Positions 17,945 to 20,792 of a DNA stretch of 20,792 nucleotides are shown in pieces (the first letter of the stretch is position 1; every line of letters begins with the position of its first letter). The position numbers and the translations under genes were made by a program. A model generated the notes under the pieces. The model ran no database searches. It was not told where the DNA came from and saw only the letters and a program-made list of their open reading frames with translations. Origin of the DNA: Candidatus Bruticola sp. (GTDB taxonomy: Bacteria; Vulcanimicrobiota; Xenobia; Xenobiales; Xenobiaceae). Location of the stretch: contig JBJEGD010000001.1 in assembly GCA_051874735.1 (NCBI GenBank), positions 1 to 20,792 on the forward strand, written 5' to 3'.

Positions 17945-19603
17945 TTAGCCCAGTTTAGCTCTTTCAGTTTCCACAATAGAAGGATCGAGCTTCTTGAACA
18001 GGGGCACAGCTGGATTTAATTTATGTCCAGCTTTAATACTGAAGAGTTCCCATTTTATGTTACTGCCTTCGCCGGGAAGTCCCAGTATAGAATGCAGTTT
18101 AGTGCAAGTGTCTGGTAAGAAGGGATGGAGCATAACTCTTAAATTGGCGATAAACTGCACCATAGTAGCCATTATAGCTCCGGTGCGCTGCTTATCGACT
18201 TTGACTTCTTTCCAGGGAGCTTGAGAGTCGAAATAACGATTACCTTCTCTGGCTAGGTCCATAGCTTCGGCCAAGGCTTGCTTGAATTGGCATTCGCTGA
18301 TTAATTGGCCCACTTTGGCAAATAAAGCCTCAGATCGAGCTATAAGCTCTTTATCTTCATCTTTCAACTCTACTTCAGGTATTTCACCTTGGAAATGCTT
18401 GTTAGTAAAAGATATGCTGCGGTTCACTAAATTGCCCCACCATCCGACTAATTCGTCGTTGTTGCGGCGCAGGAATTCTGCCCACGAGAAGTCGCTGTCG
18501 GAAGTCTCCGGGGCAGTCGCTGTAAGCACGTAACGCAGCGGATCGGGATCGTACTCTTTTAGATAATCGTCAAGCCACACCGCCCAGTTATTGGAAGTGG
18601 AAAGTTTGCGCCCTTCTAAATTCAAGAATTCATTAGCTGGAATATCTGAAGGCAGGTTTAGTCCTCCTATACCCATCAGGACGGCTGGCCAGCGGATAGA
18701 GTGGAACGGAATATTGTCTTTGCCTATAAAGTAGTAAGATTGAGCTTCAGGATTTTGCCACCATTGCTTCCATAAATCGGGATTACCCTGATCTTTAGAC
18801 CACTGAATGCTGGCGGAAAGATAACCTATTACAGCTTCCCACCACACGTAAATACGTTTTTGCTCGTAACCAGGAACGGGCACAGGAATACCCCATTCCA
18901 TGTCGCGAGTGATAGCTGAATCTTTTAAGCCCTCGTGCAAATAATTGTTGGTAAAGTTGAGCACATTGGGGCGGAAATTTTGCTTGCTCTTAAGCCACTC
19001 TAAAATTTGCTCATTAAAAGCTGACCATTTGAAGAAGAAATGCTCAGTTTCTTTAATGACAGGTTCGGCACCGCACAGTTTGCACTTAGGCTCGACCAAC
19101 TCCTTGGCGTCGAAAGTACGGCCGCAGGCGTCGCATTGATCTCCGCGGGCTTTTTCAGCTCCGCAGTAAGGACAATTGCCCTCTACATAGCGATCCGGTA
19201 GGAAAGTTTTATCTTCCGGACAGTAGAGTTGTTCCTGGCTTTGCAGATAAATATAACCTTTTTTATAGAGGTCTAAAAATATTTTCTGCACTATTTCGCG
19301 GTGATTCTCCGTTCTCGTGCTGGTAAAAAGTTCCCATTGTACGTTTAACTTGTCCAGGCTGTCGGCAATAATGTTGTGATAACGCTCCGCTATTTCGGCG
19401 GGAGTTACACCCTCTCTATTAGCACTGATAGTTATGGGCGTGCCGTGTTCGTCTGTACCCGAAACCATGAGGACCTTGTCGCCGTTCATGCGATGGTAGC
19501 GGGCAAAAATATCAGCCGGCAAATAGCAACCGGCCACATGTCCTAAATGGAGCCCGCCGTTGGCATAAGGCCAAGCAACGCTTACTAGGATATTAGCTGA
19601 CAT
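17945..19603 (-). CDS. metG: Methionyl-tRNA synthetase (short form without C-terminal OB domain)
   Basis: PYANGGLHLGH (HIGH), GTDEHG, CxxC knuckles, WGIPVP, FIGKDNIPFH and KLSTS (KMSKS). Start moved from 19675 to ATG 19603, which follows GGAGG. Confidence 0.97.
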   Translation of the reverse strand: MSANILVSVAWPYANGGLHLGHVAGCYLPADIFARYHRMNGDKVLMVSGTDEHGTPITISANREGVTPAEIAERYHNIIADSLDKLNVQWELFTSTRTENHREIVQKIFLDLYKKGYIYLQSQEQLYCPEDKTFLPDRYVEGNCPYCGAEKARGDQCDACGRTFDAKELVEPKCKLCGAEPVIKETEHFFFKWSAFNEQILEWLKSKQNFRPNVLNFTNNYLHEGLKDSAITRDMEWGIPVPVPGYEQKRIYVWWEAVIGYLSASIQWSKDQGNPDLWKQWWQNPEAQSYYFIGKDNIPFHSIRWPAVLMGIGGLNLPSDIPANEFLNLEGRKLSTSNNWAVWLDDYLKEYDPDPLRYVLTATAPETSDSDFSWAEFLRRNNDELVGWWGNLVNRSISFTNKHFQGEIPEVELKDEDKELIARSEALFAKVGQLISECQFKQALAEAMDLAREGNRYFDSQAPWKEVKVDKQRTGAIMATMVQFIANLRVMLHPFLPDTCTKLHSILGLPGEGSNIKWELFSIKAGHKLNPAVPLFKKLDPSIVETERAKLG

Positions 19604-19855
19604 ATAAACCTCCGAAGGGGTATGAAATACTTTGCCGTTTGTGAACGCTTCAAAACAAAAAAAGCGCGTCGGCACCTTCTGATCTGTGATATTAAACAGA
19701 TTTTCACGGCAAAAACAATCCTAAACCTTCTTCTTAAAGTCCCCTTTACCTCTAAATTTTGCGTCTTGATAAAATAAGAAGACTGCAGGCAGGTAAGCGG
19801 GTATATTTGTAAAAAAAATAGGAGGGGGTGTTTGGGCTGCAGACAGCGTTTGTAG

Positions 19856-19883
19856 TTGCTGTTTTTGCTAGCTGTGGCATACT
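19856..19883 (+). promoter_or_regulatory. Candidate promoter (TTGCTG-16-CATACT with extended -10 TG); the -10 is repeated at 20165-20170
   Basis: TGTGGCATACT is identical in both duplicate copies, about 65 nt upstream of each start codon. Confidence 0.4.
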
Positions 19884-19947
19884 TTTTTTGTTAGCTGCAG
19901 AACTTTTTTAGTGGCGAAATTAGTGTCTTTAGTAAGCTCGGTGTACT

Positions 19948-20112
19948 GTGTCATTAATTAAGTTTATGTCAGAAGAGCAAAACACCTGTGGTGGATGCGG
20001 CAAGCGTATTCCTGTAGGTGCTGTGGCCTACAAATATAATGAAATGGAATGATGTGTCTGGTGTAAGCACTGCTACAATGAAACTTTAGCAGAGGTTATG
20101 GCTGAACTATAA
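19948..20112 (+). pseudogene. Degenerate duplicate of the zinc-finger N-terminus of the downstream gene
   Basis: Translates as VSLIKFMSEEQNTCGGCGKRIPVGAVAYKYNEME*CVWCKHCYNETLAEVMAEL*, with TGA at 20050-20052 and TAA at 20110-20112; collinear with the ORF at 20237. Confidence 0.75.
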
Positions 20113-20236
20113 GGCGACTTCCTGCTAAATGTATTTGCTGTGGTGGCTGTTTTACTAGCTGTGGCATACTTTTTTGAGTTCGCTGCGAAACTTTTTCAGT
20201 GGCGAAGGTAATATTTCTTAGTAAGCTTGGTGAACT

Positions 20237-20792
20237 ATGGCATTAGTTGAGTTTGTACCAGAAAATCAAATAGCCTGTGTCGGATGCGGCAAGCGTATTC
20301 CTGTGGGCACTGTAGCCTACAGAGATGATGAAATGGAAGGGAGTTTCTGGTGTAAGCGCTGCTACGATGAAACTGTAGCAGAGATTATGGCTGAAGGAGA
20401 AGGCGACTTCCTGTTTGATGAAGATTACGGGGAAGTGGCAGATATTAGCGACAACGCTTTCCCAGAATCCGCGTTGTCTTCTTACTCTGCCGCTGATTCC
20501 GATTCTGCGCCAGTCGTGTCTCTTCGTTCTGCGGCTGCTCCGGCTTCGGCCATGCCTCCTCAGCCTGTGGCTGCTCCGGCTTCGGCCATGCCTCCTCAGC
20601 CTGTGGCAGCTCCGGCTTCGGCCATGCCTCCTCAGCCTGTGGCAGCTCCGGCTCCGGCCATGCCTCCGCGCCCTGCGGCTGCTCCGGCTATACCCCCTCA
20701 GCCTGCGTCAGCTCCGGCTCCGGCCATGCCTCCGCGTCCTGCGTCAGCTCCGGCTCCGGCCATGCCTCCGCGTCCTGCGTCAGCTCCGGCTC
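20237..20792 (+). CDS. Protein with N-terminal C4 zinc finger, acidic tract and Pro/Ala repeats (3'-truncated by window edge)
   Basis: Not in the ORF track because there is no stop in the window. Translates as MALVEFVPENQIACVGCGKRIPVGTVAYRDDEMEGSFWCKRCYDETVAEIMAEGEGDFLFDEDYGE...(APASAMPPQPVA)n. GGTGA RBS precedes ATG 20237. Confidence 0.85.
   Translation, partial: MALVEFVPENQIACVGCGKRIPVGTVAYRDDEMEGSFWCKRCYDETVAEIMAEGEGDFLFDEDYGEVADISDNAFPESALSSYSAADSDSAPVVSLRSAAAPASAMPPQPVAAPASAMPPQPVAAPASAMPPQPVAAPAPAMPPRPAAAPAIPPQPASAPAPAMPPRPASAPAPAMPPRPASAPA
20537..20792 (+). repeat. Coding 36-bp tandem repeat (at least 7 units, one of 30 bp)
   Basis: Units start at 20537, 20573, 20609, 20645, 20681 (30 bp), 20711, 20747 and 20783 (partial); first unit GCTCCGGCTTCGGCCATGCCTCCTCAGCCTGTGGCT. 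Confidence 0.97.

Larger units (their letters stand above)
19851..20413 (+). repeat. Diverged tandem duplication, period about 289 bp (copy 1 19851-20124, copy 2 20139-20413)
   Basis: Shared blocks CTAGCTGTGGCATACTTTTTT, AGTGGCGAA, GGATGCGGCAAGCGTATTCCTGT, TCTGGTGTAAGC and AAGGCGACTTCCTG. By hand alignment, 32 mismatches in the 177-nt coding part with no indels. Confidence 0.95.

Noticed and set aside
19655-19685. T-box or SAM-I riboswitch upstream of metG (minus strand AAGGTGCCGACGCG)
   Set aside because: Lacks the UGGN antiterminator bulge and Stem I motifs of a T-box, and the AUC/GAU P1 and kink-turn elements of SAM-I.
20050-20052. Alternative genetic code (TGA=Gly, code 25), since the TGA aligns with a Gly codon and no gene here ends in TGA
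   Set aside because: Fifteen long genes translate uninterrupted under the standard code with no internal TGA, which a recoded genome would be unlikely to show.
19948-20413. Duplicate pair as DGR template/variable repeat
   Set aside because: Mismatches involve all four bases rather than only adenines of one copy, the repeat includes promoter/RBS and the gene's N-terminus, and no reverse transcriptase is in the window.
20537-20792. 36-bp repeats as a CRISPR array
   Set aside because: Units are directly adjacent with no unique spacers, are in frame in a CDS, and there are no cas genes.

Overview
Bacterial chromosomal window of moderate GC, mostly housekeeping and metabolic genes. In order: the 3' part of a large type IIG-like restriction-modification methyltransferase (runs off the left edge), a stand-alone hslV, a CoA-disulfide reductase-rhodanese, the preTA dihydropyrimidine dehydrogenase pair, an exported hypothetical protein, an M50 protease-scpA-scpB operon, an orphan coiled-coil protein, a TPR protein, dsbD, a PaaI thioesterase, oligoendopeptidase F and metG. 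The last 1 kb is absent from the ORF track and is the least ordinary part. It holds a diverged ~289-bp tandem duplication of promoter, RBS and a C4 zinc-finger coding segment. The first copy has an in-frame TGA. The second copy starts a gene with a Zn finger, an acidic tract and a 36-bp Pro/Ala tandem repeat that runs off the right edge. Three intergenic regions (about 1642-1723, 8362-8490 and 19631-19713) fold into nested stems not explained by simple terminators. I saw no CRISPR array, tRNA, rRNA or transposase. All family calls are from motif recognition by eye, not database searches.
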